From: Camelus ferus
Taxonomy: Eukaryota
Direction: 5' to 3'
NCBI RefSeq assembly: GCF_009834535.1
Contig: NC_045697.1
Span: forward strand, 21,516,001 to 21,580,000
DNA length: 64,000 bases
The position numbers were made by a program, and so were the translations under genes. Below the pieces are notes generated by a model, which ran no database searches, had not been told where the DNA came from, and saw nothing but the letters and a program-made list of their open reading frames with translations. Shown in pieces: positions 25,183 through 38,640 of this stretch (within the stretch, counting starts at the first letter, position 1; each line of letters starts with the position of its first letter).

Positions 25183-27262
25183 AAAAGACCAGGATACAAA
25201 TATACTCACATATATATCCTAGAGGGAGTGGGAAAATATTGGTCTATATCTAAAAACATTTAGCACTACATCTAAAAATATTTTCTTTTTTCCTTAATAT
25301 CAAGAAGGCTCTTGGAATAAACAGCTCCAAAGCACAGCTTGAAATGGATCAATTGTAAGGAACAGAGTAGCACACTTATGTTACCACGCACAACTGTGAA
25401 TAAGCTTCCAGACAGCTAAAATGTGTCATTTAGAAGGAATGTGTCTCATTTATCCATTGTTTGGAGTGATTGAAATACATTGCTCTCACCCAGCTCCTTG
25501 GCAAGTATTTCAATTAAGTGGGTACAAAATTTATCCTAGTGCAGTGTTCTATTATTCTGCTCTGTAGTATATAATTGTATGTGACTTTGGACTTGTAGAG
25601 GCCTTCCTGTTGTCGGAAAAATAAAATAACATATCTCTTCTAAGGTAATAACCGTAACTTTTCTCAGTGGAAACTCTTGTTTGGTAAAAAGCCACTGATG
25701 CTGGAACCACAGGGCAATTATTTTCATCAATGTATTAGAAAATAATGGGAAATGTATTCAGCTAGTGAAATTTGTAATCAGCAAAATATTAGTCTGTGCA
25801 AAACAGAAGCAAAATCACATGGAAGATGGCACTATCTGATATTTTTGGCATATAAATGATGTCTTTGTATTGGAGATGAATCAGAGGTAGACTAAAGATT
25901 ATCTAGTACTCACATCTCCCACTGGCCTTGAAGTAGTAAGAATTTAAACTAAAAAAAAAAAAAAAAAAAAATTTATCTTGGTTTTTTCCACGCTGTACAG
26001 TAACATAAATTTTGTGATGCACTCTAGTGTCCTGGGAGCCATTCAAATGAGGTTATAAGTTTACTGTTTCACTGGATGTTTTCAACCTATTACTTATGCT
26101 CCCTAAGTTTCTTATTTTCTTAACATGAGGAACTTAGAATGTTGGAGTAATGTGTGGTCAATTTTTAAAATCTAATTTATATTCTTTTAAAACTCATACC
26201 ACACAAACACACATATACAGACACACACAAGCAGGCACATGTACACACATGCACAGATCTTGGAAGCAGATCATGCAGTTTCATATGTATGAAAATATAT
26301 CTTGCAGAAGGTAATAGTAGAAGGACTTTACACTGGAAATCAGCCTTGTCAACAGGCCAGCTTGTACATGACCAACTCGGCTTCTTTTCTGAATCTTTAT
26401 TTCCTCCCCATTAAAAAGAAAGAGTTTGTAAACATCTAAGTATTCTTCAATCTTTCTATTTGATCTAGGAATGATTTACATTTGAAAAATATGTATCACA
26501 TTAGGGTAACTCCTCTTGTTTCAGAACTTCTGATAAGTTTTGTCCATGGTATGTCTCACTTTTTTTTTAATGCTTTTCAAGAAAATATCATGAAAGTTAA
26601 CAGATTTTTGCAAAAATCAAACTTGAGTTTCACAGTACTATACTTTCCATGGGCAGGATGGTAAATCACTAACCAAATATTTTTACATTGTAATGATTAT
26701 TCCTGGTAGTGAAATGGGAACTTACGAGCTCACCTAAATGAGATCTAAGGGTGAAACAGGGCACACGAAACAAGAAGCTGACACAACAGGAAGTCTCAGG
26801 GTCTGGTCCTCACTTTAAAAAGCAACTTCCACCACACTGCCAGCTGCTTTTGCTGGACATTTCTATAGCAAGCACTATTTATCATCAATAATTTATTTTC
26901 TAAATTTAACTTCTATTTCACCGTGTAGACTAAAAGTATCCTTGTCAGGGACTTCTAATTTTTATGATAGCTCTTATAAACTATCCCTTCCCACAAGCCT
27001 AGACGTTTTCAGACTCAGATCGGATCAGGTATGAATTTTCTATTTGTTTAAGAGGAAAACAAAATCTTTGTGGGATTGTTGGCCAAAGCCACATAACACA
27101 ACTTACAGAGTCAGAATGCCAACAATCGTTTTCAGTGATTTCAGAGCTGAGCCCACACTCTGGGCAGCTCTTATTTTTTAGTGCTTTGGCACTTTTCATA
27201 TTAAATTTGAATGCTTTGTTACTTTTCATATTGAGAGTATCCTTTAGAGATGCGAGAGTTTC

Positions 27263-27720
27263 TGTAAATTACAATATAATGGCCCAAATTCTTTATTCTT
27301 CTCTGTAGCTACACCCTTTAGAATCTGACTTTAAAGTTTCTCCCATGCAGAGTCTATTTCTCCTCCACCTGAATTTGGGTTGGCCGTGTGCTTTACTTTG
27401 GTCAATAGAATTTAAAGGAAGTAATGCCACGCTGCTTCCTAGGACTCAAAACGACTTACATGCTTCTGCTCAGTATCTTGGAAACCTGAGTTGCTGCCGT
27501 GGAAACAAGCTTGCACAAGCAAGCTGGAGGATGAGCGTCCTCTTGAAGCAGAGGCCAAGCTAGACCAGCCCGCACCCAGCCCACCCAGCCCAGCAAACAT
27601 TAGAAGACATGCCTAGCTGTTCCCACATCCTCCCCTCCAAATTTCCTCCCTCTTAGAATAGTAGTTATTTTAAGTCACTAAGGATTAGAGTGTTGTGTTA
27701 CATAGCAAATGCTCACCAGT
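27263..27720 (+). mobile_element. MLT1H-like MaLR LTR
   Basis: aatggcccaaattc...ctgaatttgggttggcc...ctttggtcaatagaat...gttattttaagtcactaag...tgttacatagcaa. Confidence 0.75.
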
Positions 27721-29165
27721 TTTGGTTCAAGAAGATACGTTGTTTCACTGGAAAACTTTGGGGGACATTTGCATACCTGATTTTACTTGTTTAATACGTG
27801 GAAATCTCTGCCTTTGATGGAATGGTGCTGTAGAAAGGAGCCAAGACAGCAGAGGCAAAATCTCTGTATCCTGTGAAGAGTGAAAATAGCTGAAATTGTT
27901 TGAGAAGGATTTTAGCCGTATCGGCATTGCGTTTAATGGTAGCATTTGGTAACTCCAGTAGCAGTGCAGGCATTTTTCAATGGAAAGGTAAGTTATTCTG
28001 AGTCTAGTGAGCATGCTTGTAGGTTTCCAGTTTATAGGATGGGAGGTAAAAAAAAAAAAAAAAGACAATGGGGGCAGCTTTCTTCCCATTCAAGAGAGTA
28101 ATGGGTGAAAATTCATCAATATAAGGGAGATTTGCCAGGAATTTTCAGTGTTCTAAGGGGATCTTTATAATTCCTCTATAATACCTACTGAACAAATCTA
28201 TACTAGTTTTCTGCAAGACCTGTGGTAGGTTTCTACAATGTTCTTATATGTCAATTTGGCATTGGAAACTGCTGTTTCACAGCAGAAATGGAAAGCGACC
28301 ATCATAGTTATGTTGAGAAAAGTAATAATTTGCAATTCAAGGGAAGCTTAGACTTAAAAAAAAAAAGACTTTCTCATGAGGTTTTAATTCAGATATCATT
28401 ATTAAGGAGAATAGAGTATGTGTTGCAATAGAATTCAACAGCTTTCTCACTGAGCACTGCTTTCAAGTGTTCCAGCAAATGGATACAGTCATTATTCTAT
28501 CAAAATAAACATTCATTGACTAATTATACAGTTCAGGACATCGCCCTGAGCTACTTTGCATAGTATAAAGTTAGCTTCTTTGAAGTCTCAAAAATATTTG
28601 CTTTGTTTCAGACCTTCTGTGCTTATGTCGGTGAGTCACTAACTCTGGTTCTGGCTGAACATGATAAATTTCAGCTGGAAAAAGGCATAAGCAAGAATGT
28701 ATCATGGATGCTCTTCGTGACATTAGAGACATTGCCATTACTACTATGTTTCTCATGTTAGTTTCTTAGAAATATAAACCTATTTGAAGTCTCCAAATGA
28801 TTGTCCATTTCCATGATATTCTGTTCATTCAGAATTTTTTCATACTACAATGCTCAATATCTAGAGAGAAAGCCCCACATGTAAATATATATATTCATTT
28901 ATAAACAAATATATAAGTGTTTGTTTATAAATAAAATGTGCTCCCAGTGTCTCACTGAAATTAATTCCAATATTAGCACATTTAGATTTAATAAAACATT
29001 AAAGTGAGTTCTTGATAAATGTTTTTCACTGATTCATTTTGAGAACATTGGTATTTAGTTAAGTACACAAAGTAAGATTTTTTGGAGGCATGGAGGAAAA
29101 CATGAAAAGCTGAAGTATATTTGGTGACAAAGAGAAAGCTAGAGAACAGTTACCTCATTCACTTC

Positions 29166-29497
29166 TTTTTTTTTTTTAATTTTATTTTGAGTTATAGGTC
29201 AGTTTACAATGTTGTGTCAATTTCCAGTGTAGAGCACAGTTTTTCAGTTATACATGAACATACATATACTCATTGTCGCATACTTTTTCACTGTGAGCTA
29301 TCACAAGATCTTGTATATATTTCCCTGTGCTATACAGTATAATCTTGTTTATCTATTCTATATATACGTGTCAGTGTATACAAATTTCAAATTCTCAGTC
29401 TGTCCCTTCCCATCCCCCTTCAAGTTTGTATTCTATGTCTATGAGTCTGTTTCTGTTTTGTATTTATGTTCATTTGTCTTTTTCTTTTTTTTTTTTT
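29166..29497 (-). mobile_element. Lineage-specific L1 3' fragment
   Basis: T-tail, then gtcagtttacaatgttgtgtcaatttccagtgtagagcaca...ttccctgtgctatacagta...ctatgagtctgtttctgttttgta. Similar to the 3' end of the L1 at 59572. Confidence 0.9.
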
Positions 29498-30569
29498 CCC
29501 CTCATCCATTTCTCATTGTCTATACTATAGCTCTTCTTCCTGTAAGGACCAGCTGAGTTTTGTAACCATTCAATAACAAAACTCTTCAAGTAAACTATTT
29601 GAGGCAGCCAATCTTCTGAAACTAGTGTGAAAAAAAAAGGTAGCTTTTAACAGATAGTCAGATTTTATTGTAAGTGGGTCATTTTGTTGAAAAATGGTTG
29701 ATTTAAATATATATATGTGTATATATATCTATATATATATATCAAGAAAAATATATATTCACAAATAAGAAGTAATTGATTGGATAATTCTCTGCGTATT
29801 TGAATTATCTATAGCAATGCCCCCTCTACTTTAATGTCAGTTATCGAGTGTTGATTCCATTTTCAAACAGTAAACAATTCTGACAATGCTATCTATGATG
29901 GAATGTAGAAATGAATCAATACTTTTCAAAGGAAAAAATCTCATTGTTAGCAAAACAAGCTTATTAAGCCTAAGGTTATTTCCTGTTGCTTTCAACTTTT
30001 GAAAAATGCTAACACTGCCAACTAGACCTTCCTGTAAAATTGGAAACAGACTGGTTATAGATATATAAGCCGGTGTTACTGTGTCAGCAATTTCTAAATC
30101 TGTATGGGTGCTTTCATTCCAAGTATAATCAAGGCCAATCCTGTACCAGCCAACACATCTCGGAAATGTTGTACAAAAAAACTTATGGGTATATCGATAA
30201 TGATTTGCCCGTGCCCTTTACAGTACAAAGAATCTCTTAGGAAGCAAAATGTACAGCTGCTTCAGTGAGAGGATACAGGATTATTCAATCCAAAGTACTC
30301 ATTTATAAAGTGCAATTCTAGACTGAAAATACAGATACAAGAAAGTGGTCATCTAGTTGTATATTAATTCATTTATTTATTTTTGTAATCATGAGTAAGA
30401 AGCAAGATATCTATTAAATGCTTACTGTTTGTAAAGTATTCTTAAAAGGAAATTCTATCATTAAAGCTTTCTAGTCTACTAGGAAAAACCTTATAAATAC
30501 ATAAATAAATATAATTTATATTAGATAATTTAAGTCATCTAAGAGGGATACAGTAAAATAAACATTATG

Positions 30570-30823
30570 TTAAGCTAGATTGTATTGTGGTAACAAATTA
30601 CTTAAAATCTAAGTTATATAAAACAACAATGCCTCTCATTTTCCCTGAGGGCCAGCTGGGAGCTATTTTTAATCCAATTTCAGGACCCAGGCTTACAGAA
30701 AACCTACCCTTAGCACCATTGCCAGTGGTAGCAAGCAAGCAAGCAAGCAAGCAAGAGAGAGAGAGAGAAAAGAAATAGAGAGAAGAAAGAAAGAGAGAGA
30801 GAGAAAAGAAAGAAAGAAAAGGA

Positions 30824-30870
<47 letters not shown>

Positions 30871-30876
30871 GGAGAG

Positions 30877-30955
<79 letters not shown>

Positions 30956-31105
30956 AAACTGTAGAAATTATTGAGTCGTTGCTAAATAATCTGCCCCAGA
31001 AAAGGCACAGTCTCTTTTGTGGACCTTGCCTGCCCTCAAATAGTCACAGGAACTCTCCTAACCACAGAGGGGCAGAAGGAGAAAGTACAGGCTTTCATGC
31101 ACTTG
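30570..31105 (-). mobile_element. Old MLT1 (K/L-like) LTR remnant split by a microsatellite
   Basis: gttaagctagattgtattgtggtaacaaa...aaaacaaca...caggacccaggct...; tctgccccagaaaaggcacag...caaatagtcacagg. Confidence 0.55.
30731..30957. repeat. Long compound (GCAA)n(GA)n(GAAA)n microsatellite
   Basis: ~225-bp purine-rich tract with two long pure GAAA runs. Confidence 0.95.
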
Positions 31106-31319
31106 GGAGGCTAATAGAATTCATCATTAAACATAAACAACGAAGCAGTAATGCCATGACAAGGAGTTGCACTTGATCTGATCTTCAAAGGTGAACAAGA
31201 ATTTGGACATGTGGATTTGGAGAAAAAGCTTTTCCAGGCAGAATACGCATCATGGGTACAGAAGGCATACTGTGTTCAGAGAACTGCTGGGAATGTCACT
31301 CAACCAGCTATACATCCGA

Positions 31320-31690
31320 TGTTAAAGAAAAATTGCACTGGGCATTTGTGAAAGGTGGCAGGGTAGATTTCATTCAAACCACTGCAGTAGGAGAGAGATT
31401 CCGCTATAATATGAGCTCAGCTCAACCAAGACAAGGTGACTTGAGGGAAAACATAAGAGGCCACAAAAGAGGTTACAGGGAAAATGGAAAATTACAGAGG
31501 GGTGATAATGGAAAATTAGTGCAGATGGTTTGGCGATGGGGGTTGGGACAATGTGCATTTGGTGGTTTGTCAGCATTGCATCATTTTGAGCAAAAACTCA
31601 GCATTGGGGCTGGGGTCATCTTTAGGGACACAGACTAGTGCAGGTGGAGGCCAGGCTAAATTTGGTGAAGTCTCAGCCAGTGTTTGAACA
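31320..31690 (-). mobile_element. Old ERV1 LTR (MER31/MER67/MER110-like) within L2 sequence
   Basis: TG...CA ends tgttaaagaaaaatt...gtttgaaca; ggcagggtagatttcattca...actgcagtaggagagaga resembles this LTR group. Confidence 0.6.
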
Positions 31691-31976
31691 AATTCTCTAG
31701 GCCATGAGGGAGCTTATAGCTCACTCTGATAAGGACTAAAAGCCTGCAGAATGCAGGGGTCAGATCATAAAGTAACTGTGCCTATTTAATACATGAGGAC
31801 TTTCATAAAAATTTGGAGGGGAGGAGAGTCATGGGGTTCGAATTTGGATTTAGGAAGTCTGATATGATGACTTTCATATGATGAGTTAGAAGAGAAATGA
31901 AACTAGTAGGAGAACAACCAATTTGGATGTTAATAAAAATCTATGGGAGGGATTATTCGGAAATGAATGGGGTATT

Positions 31977-32752
31977 GTCTTAGGAAAAACCTGTTACTCA
32001 CTGTTTTCCTTTACTGTCACACACAACACTTTTGACACCAGAGATGTAGGGTTTTCCCACACAGACTAATTCTCCAACACTAGCCGGATACCCTACAATT
32101 CAATTCAATTCTGACACTAACCACAGTTAGCACAGGCAAACTCCACAGATTAAAAGCCCCCATCCCAAAAGATTGCCCCCACTCCAGACTTAATCACAAA
32201 CAGTAAGTCCTCATCTTACCCATAGGTTCTGTCAGACGTGGGTAAAAAGCGCATGTTTCCACATCTCCCAACGCGGGTTCAATAATTTGCTATAGAGTAG
32301 ATCACAGAACACAGGGAAATGGTTTACATACAATTGCTAATATATTACACAGGATATTTTAAAGACACAAATGAACAGCCAAATGAAGAGATACATAGGG
32401 TGACATCCAGAGCCTCTTTTTCCTTGGAGCTGAAATGTGCCACCCTCTGGACAATCAGCAACAGAAGCTCTCCAAAGCCTGCACTTCAGGGATTTTAATG
32501 ACGATTTCATCACATAGGCATGATCAATTATTAAATCTTTTTCCAGCCCTCTACCCCTCTCTGGAAGATGAGGGCTAGGGCTGAAAAGTTCTAAGTTTCT
32601 AAATATGGCTGGTCTTTCTAGTGGTGAATCGCTCCACTATTCAGAAGCCACCATGAGTCACCTCATTAAGACAAAGATGCTCTAATCATCCAGAAAGTCC
32701 GTGGGATTTAGGATCTCCGTGTCCGAAACTAGGGTCAAAGACCAAATATGAG
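31977..32752 (-). mobile_element. MER21-like LTR
   Basis: acaattcaattcaattctgacactaac, ggttcaataatttgcta, aaatgaacagccaaatgaagagatacataggg, catgagtcacctcatta, agggtcaaagaccaaatat. Confidence 0.85.
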
Positions 32753-32969
32753 TAGGAATTACTGGCAGATATTTCTTAATTTTTAACAGGTAAAAAACCT
32801 GAGATATCATGTAATTAAAATGATTATGATTTGGGGGATGAGGGAAAGGGACAAATCAAGGAGAACTTGAAGTTTCTGAGCCTGCATAATTGGTAGAAAT
32901 GGTTGTAATATCATTATGAGAACTAAGGGAAAGAGCAGGAGGCTCAGGTGTGAAAGTAATTTCTGTGCC

Positions 32970-33390
32970 GTGAATTAATTTTAAACTCTCTGCCTTTCCT
33001 CGTTTCTTTGTGATCAGAGCTGCCCGTTTCTGTTTCCTTGTTCTGTGCAGTATTACAGAAGAACTGACTGATATCCTCAGGTCTGCAGGCACTGTCTCCA
33101 GCTGTACCTCATCTGTGGATTCAGCTCCCACCACACAGACCTGTGGGATTCCAGCTCTGGGTGGGTGAGTCCATCCCCTGGGCCCTGGTACCACTGCTTC
33201 TTCCCCTTGTCTCTCCAGCTTGGTGGTTATAGTGCCTCCTGTGGTTGGCATGTAATCAGCAGATCGCTTCCTTGTTCCTTGTTGGCTTCTCAACTCGCTC
33301 CTGAGCTGTGTGAAAATTTCACTTCATTAAATTCCCCCAGTTTGAAATGACAGGCTGGTTTCTGTCTTCCTGGTTGGACTTTGAGATTCC
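32970..33390. mobile_element. ERVL LTR (LTR33/LTR16-like)
   Basis: accactgcttcttccccttgtctctccagcttggtggt...ttcattaaattccccc...tttctgtcttcctggttggact. Confidence 0.5.
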
Positions 33391-33444
33391 ACCTCTAAAC
33401 AAGCTCTGAAAATGAAACCATAGACTGTAACAGTGGTTCATAAT

Positions 33445-33445
33445 A

Positions 33446-33503
<58 letters not shown>
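33445..33503. repeat. (TG)n microsatellite
   Basis: Nearly pure TG run with one interruption. Confidence 0.95.
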
Positions 33504-33506
<3 letters not shown>

Positions 33507-34659
33507 ATCAGAGATGGGAGAAGAAGGGACTGAACAGAGGAGACCACAGATTCATTTTGGAGTCTGAGGGCAGCTCTAGACCCCTCCATTAGCTGGAGTG
33601 GGGTCCATAGCTGTTTGTATATGAATATATATGAATACACGTACACACACAGATAGACTGACAGACGTATACTCACAACAGTTTTCAGCATAATTATAAA
33701 GTCTCACTGAATTGTGATCCATGCACCTCTACTTAATAATCCTTGTAATTATTAAGAAAGATTTAAATATCTTGAAAATAAACCTATATTTTATTATGTT
33801 AAACATATTAAAGATAAATATTATAAAATAACAATAATGCTATTATATGTATTATAAAACTTATAGGATTTTAATATTACCATTATAAGATCACAGAAAC
33901 ACAAAATATCAACATGTAGAAGGAAGAGTCAAGATCACCCAGTCCAACTTCATTTTTCAGAAGAGAAAATGATGTCCACATTTTTGAAAAGACATGCCGT
34001 AACTCCTGAGTGGGTTAGTGAATGAGAGAGACGTAGCTGATGCCAAGATCTTTAAATTTCTCATGAACATTTCCAGGTCAAAATATGGCAGCTAATGGCT
34101 TCTTGTTTTAGAAATATAACAGTGCAAAGAGCTCTCCAGTGTCCTGGCAGACTTGATGGATACACACAAGGGCAGGAAGGGATCCTTGACATTTTGCAGA
34201 TTCTTAGGTCAAGATAACAGTGCACACCTGTAGCACAGTGTCACCTGCTGTGGAAGAACACTTACTCTCTGCTCTGTTAATTTACCTCCTTAGAGACTGC
34301 CTTCTCTCAAGGTCTTCTCCTGAGGCACAAAAGTAACGAAAGAACAACTGATTCCATGTATCAGGGTGGGTGGCCGAGGGGAGAGAGGAGAAAGAATTGT
34401 ACAAAAGGAAACAGATTTTGTCACGGGTCTCCTACATACAAGGGGAGAAATTAAAATTGGCACTGACTATTGCAGGTTTTAGTCCTAATTTATTTAATTT
34501 GATAGCTGCTTTAATTATCCAGACTGTTTAAATTTACTAGGTAATGTGGTATGAGAATATAACACTGGACCAGAGGTTCAAATATGTGGTTATATTTGAG
34601 ATTACTGAATTATTCTAAGTTAAATTCATGCTATTACCTCTTCTTCACCTCATCTTCTT

Positions 34660-34950
34660 GATGAACTCTTAACTCAGTCTTTAAAATTCAGCTTAATTCT
34701 CATCTCAGCTAAGATACATGCCTTGACCTTTTGTGCTGAGTTCTGCTCCCTTCTTTCACACCCGCACAATGCCTTGTGTGCACCTCTGTTCTTGCACTCA
34801 TGACAGAGTTCCGTAGTCACCACCTTCTTGTCTGTTTTCCTTACCATGATGTAAGTCACACCAGTTTGGGGCTAAGTTTTATTCATATCTGTGTCCCCAA
34901 CGTATTACATAGTGTTTTTTACACAGTGAATTTCAGTAAGTACATATTAA
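34660..34950 (+). mobile_element. L2 3' end
   Basis: tctttaaaattcagcttaatt...gatgtaagtcacaccag...tttattcatatctgtgtcccca...catagtg...ttcagtaagtac. Confidence 0.55.
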
Positions 34951-35658
34951 GTGACTTAATAAAATGATAAAAGGATAATTGAAGGGCTTTGAGTAGAGGA
35001 ACAGAGTAGCCTAATATGGTTCTTCAATTTTATTATTGAAATTAGCCTACTGTTTACTTTGACAATGTACATTCATACTGATCCATTTTCTCCCTTTTAT
35101 ACAGGGCCCATGTATGTCTACCATCATACAGTATTTCTTCAAAGGTTTTAAATCTATTCCATCAAATATTATTTTAAAATATCCCAGGATATTTTTTATA
35201 TCTTTTTGCCATTTTTCTCATTTAGGTTCATCCCAGGGAGCAGCCTGATCACTATAGGGGCTACAATTAATAACATAGCAAGTAGTTTGATGTGAAAGAA
35301 GAGACATTCTTCCTAATGATACAGTTTTTTTTTTAACTTCAAGCACTAATCACAGTAGTTTGTTTTTGAAGACTCTTTTATCATGTTTAAGATAAAGACT
35401 TATCTTAAAGTCTTTAAGACTTTAAGACTTCAGTCCTTAACATCAGCCCTAAATTCTAGACCTCCATTTGTGCACCTACCTTCCATCTGCTTGTCTGTCT
35501 CTTCTGGTCTCACTACTATGTATCATTGGCCGGTAAGTGTGTGTCTCCTGTTCTGCCCCCTTCCCTCTCTCCCTTCCTCTCTCTCTGTCTCTCTCTCCCT
35601 CTTTCTCTCTCTCTACCTATTCCCCACTTCTCTCTTTCCTCTCATATCTCTAGAGAGA

Positions 35659-35702
<44 letters not shown>
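35659..35702. repeat. (TATC)n microsatellite
   Basis: About 11 TATC units abutting a DNA transposon end. Confidence 0.95.
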
Positions 35703-36039
35703 CAGTCAGCCTTCCATATGACCAGGTTCTACATCCACAGATCAAAAATATTTACGATAAAAACTTCCAGAAAATTCCAGAAAGTAAAATATGAATGTGC
35801 CCTGCTTGGACAACTGTTTACACAGCATTTACATTGTATTTACAACTGTTTACATAGCATTTACATTGTATTAAGTATCATAAGTAATCTAGAGATGATT
35901 TAAGGTGTATGAAAGGATGTGTGTACGTTACGTGCAAATACTATGCCAATTTATGTAAGGGACTTGAGATTTTGAGGATTTTGGTGCCCACAGGAATCCT
36001 GGTACCAATACCTTCCCTACAGATACTGAAGGACACCAG
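35703..36039 (+). mobile_element. MER2B-like TcMar-Tigger MITE
   Basis: Ends cagtcagccttccatat...agatactgaaggacaccag followed by TA; internal atagcatttacattgtatta...taagtaatctagagatgattta. Confidence 0.85.
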
Positions 36040-38203
36040 TATATAGAGGTATATAAAGAGATTATTTATCTATCCAGAGATTCCTTTGTTTCTGTATATA
36101 TAGGAGAAATAGAAGGAGAGAAAGAGGGAGAGACAAAGAGAGAGATACAGAGACAGAGAGCAACATATTTTTCTATTTACCCTTCTTTCTATTTTTAATC
36201 TCTCGTTTTCCAGTAGAAGAAAAGTATGCATATATACACATTGATTCAGAGGATGTAATAAAGCAGAGGGGATGATGGTGATATGTAAAGCAGTAGGTAT
36301 ATCTTTGATGAAACGTGAATGAGGGAGTAAAAGAAATAAGACGCAGTAGGGCTGAGTATAGATCACTAGTCAAGAGAGTGAAAGAATATGTAAGGATTCA
36401 GGTAAATATGCAGATATAATGGCATAAAGTTGTGGGGAAGCAGTGTTTTTGAGGACTTTTCTCTGTTTGTGTGCCACTCCCCCATAATGGTCTCTCATAG
36501 AGAGACTCATAGAGAGACCATTACTCTACAGAGTAGAGTAATGTACTGTGTAGAAGCTCCACCACTCAGCATCATGTCGTTCAAGGGGACTCACCCGAAC
36601 CACCACCCTAGGGCAATGTTGCACCAAGTCCCATCACCTTTCCCATGACTTCTTTTTCTACTCTCTCTGTGGACTTGGGTTCTAGGGGAAGATGTTGAAT
36701 TTTGAGGGAGCTTCTACCAGTTCAATCCTCTTTTTATAAACTCTTTGATACTCACAAAAATGGGAATTCTGGCTTAAGTATATTATACATTAATTAATTT
36801 TATGGGCTTTCTGGTCAGTGTGAATATTGTGAAATCTATGGAAGTTTGAATTATTTATAGATCCTTTACCACAGTCAGTGCATTCATAGGATGTTTTCTG
36901 TCATCGTTTCACTAAGGAAACTGAATACAAAGCCCTCTGGCTTTCACTTCAGGGGTAAAAATTGGAGCATAATTAAAGACAACTAGAGGCATCAATCTAT
37001 ATGTTTCAGGTTTTTAAATTTTTTCCTGGAACAAAACAAGGTTTCATTCGACTTTGTTCCATCAATAAACAGGGAGCTATAATAATTCTGAGCTGCTGTA
37101 TTTCACCCTGACTCTTGGCTAATTCTCTGAGGAAGGGGTTACAGAGGGTGGTCTTCTCTTCCAGGAGCATCTCCAGTCTCCAGCACTTCTTGCTTTCTAC
37201 CTTGGAATGTAATTTTTATATACACTGTTTCCCAAGGTGCACTGTTTTTCTGGGATGAAGGGATAAATGATGCTGACTTGTAACAGTTTACCCAACACGT
37301 TAGATCACCATTGTCTTCAGTATGTTCATTGAGGTATGATCAAGCTATTTCCCTTCACTTTAACTGACACTCTCTGCATGTTCATCCAAATCATCCTCAC
37401 CAACAGTTGGGTCTGCAACTTCAACATGTAGAAATGAAGAACACATCTGGCACTGAGTAAGCCATTATTCTAGCAAATTCTAATGTATTAGCTATTAGTG
37501 CTATCACTGTCTGTCAGGGCAGAAGTGAAGGTCCCCAAACATTTAACTTTTCATTAGTAATATATTTATGTGTGATCATTGTTTTAATCACATAATACTA
37601 TTTATTGCTCATACATGATATACCAACATCATGAAAGACATAGCTCTAAGGACTAGAGGTGTATAATATAAAATAAGAGTGTGCTTTATTTTAAGGAGTT
37701 AACAATTACATATTAATGGCTTTAAGTCTAGTGTATATTTCTTTCTCTTAGTGGCCTTGAATTTTTATATTTATGTTGCCTATTTGTCATTTTTGGAGCC
37801 AACTCAGATGAAACACAAATACAACTCTAAAAAATTACCTAAACACGCTGACACAACTTTTTTTTTAATCAAGAAGCAACTCCATCACTGTCTTCCATGT
37901 TTATGTAAACTGGTTAACTACACAGGGAGCTTACAGGGCCTATCACTTTGATGATCACTTAAGAAATTGTCATGGATACATTTGGCAGAATAGAATCATT
38001 CATATTATTACATTTATACCATTGATGTTTTCACTGTTTCTGCCTTTGTTGCTTGGTTCTTAAATTATAGTTAAATAATGATGAAGCCTCTGTTTCCTTA
38101 AAACAGAGAACACATATTTATACTCTTGTAAATATTTTTAAATACAAGATCTAAAAAGAAAAACAGATCTGTTATTGCAATCACTATAAACCACAGATTC
38201 ATT

Positions 38204-38640
38204 TGTGTCTGTCAGCTATGGGTCTGCAACAAAACATCCCAAAGCTTAGAGGCTTATAAAGCTAAGTATTCTTATGCACTGACTAATTGTTCATCTGGGG
38301 TTCTACCTCAAACTGCTGACCCACTGGGCCAGCTCTGCTGAGAACTCTGATGCCCTCACTTAGGTTTAGTTCCAGGACATGGGTTCAGTTCAGGTCTAAT
38401 CTTAAGTGCCTTTGAATTGTTTGAGGCCAATCAGTCTACTCAGCATGTCCTCATGGTAGAGGTAGAGTACAAGACAGAAAGCCCAGTGCATAAGCACATT
38501 TCAAGCCTTGGCTTGCATCACATCATATCTGCTGATAGCCTACGGGCCAAAGCAAGTTACAAGTTCAAGCCCAAAAGTAGGAGAAGATAAATACTCCTCA
38601 TGTGGAAATAGAATGCCAAAGGATATTCTAATACACACCA
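38204..38640 (-). mobile_element. MLT1H/I-like MaLR LTR
   Basis: aacaaaacatcccaaagcttagaggctta...aagcacatttcaagcctt...atctgctgatagcc...ggccaaagcaagttaca...aagcccaa. Confidence 0.75.

Noticed and set aside
26999..27229. ORF with an FCFPLKQ motif resembling an FGF13 alternative exon
   Set aside because: Only a few residues match and there is no flanking similarity or splice support, so it is probably chance.
30731..30957. Long repeat tract as a possible array or functional element
   Set aside because: It is an ordinary compound GAAA microsatellite with no spacers. The window is eukaryotic and has no CRISPR-like structure.
35810..35873. 32-bp tandem duplication inside the MER2B-like element
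   Set aside because: As I recall, this duplication is part of the family consensus in related mammals, so it is probably not locus-specific.
35383..36373. Several 60-125 aa ORFs
   Set aside because: They arise from CT, TATC and GA low-complexity tracts and the MER2B-like element.
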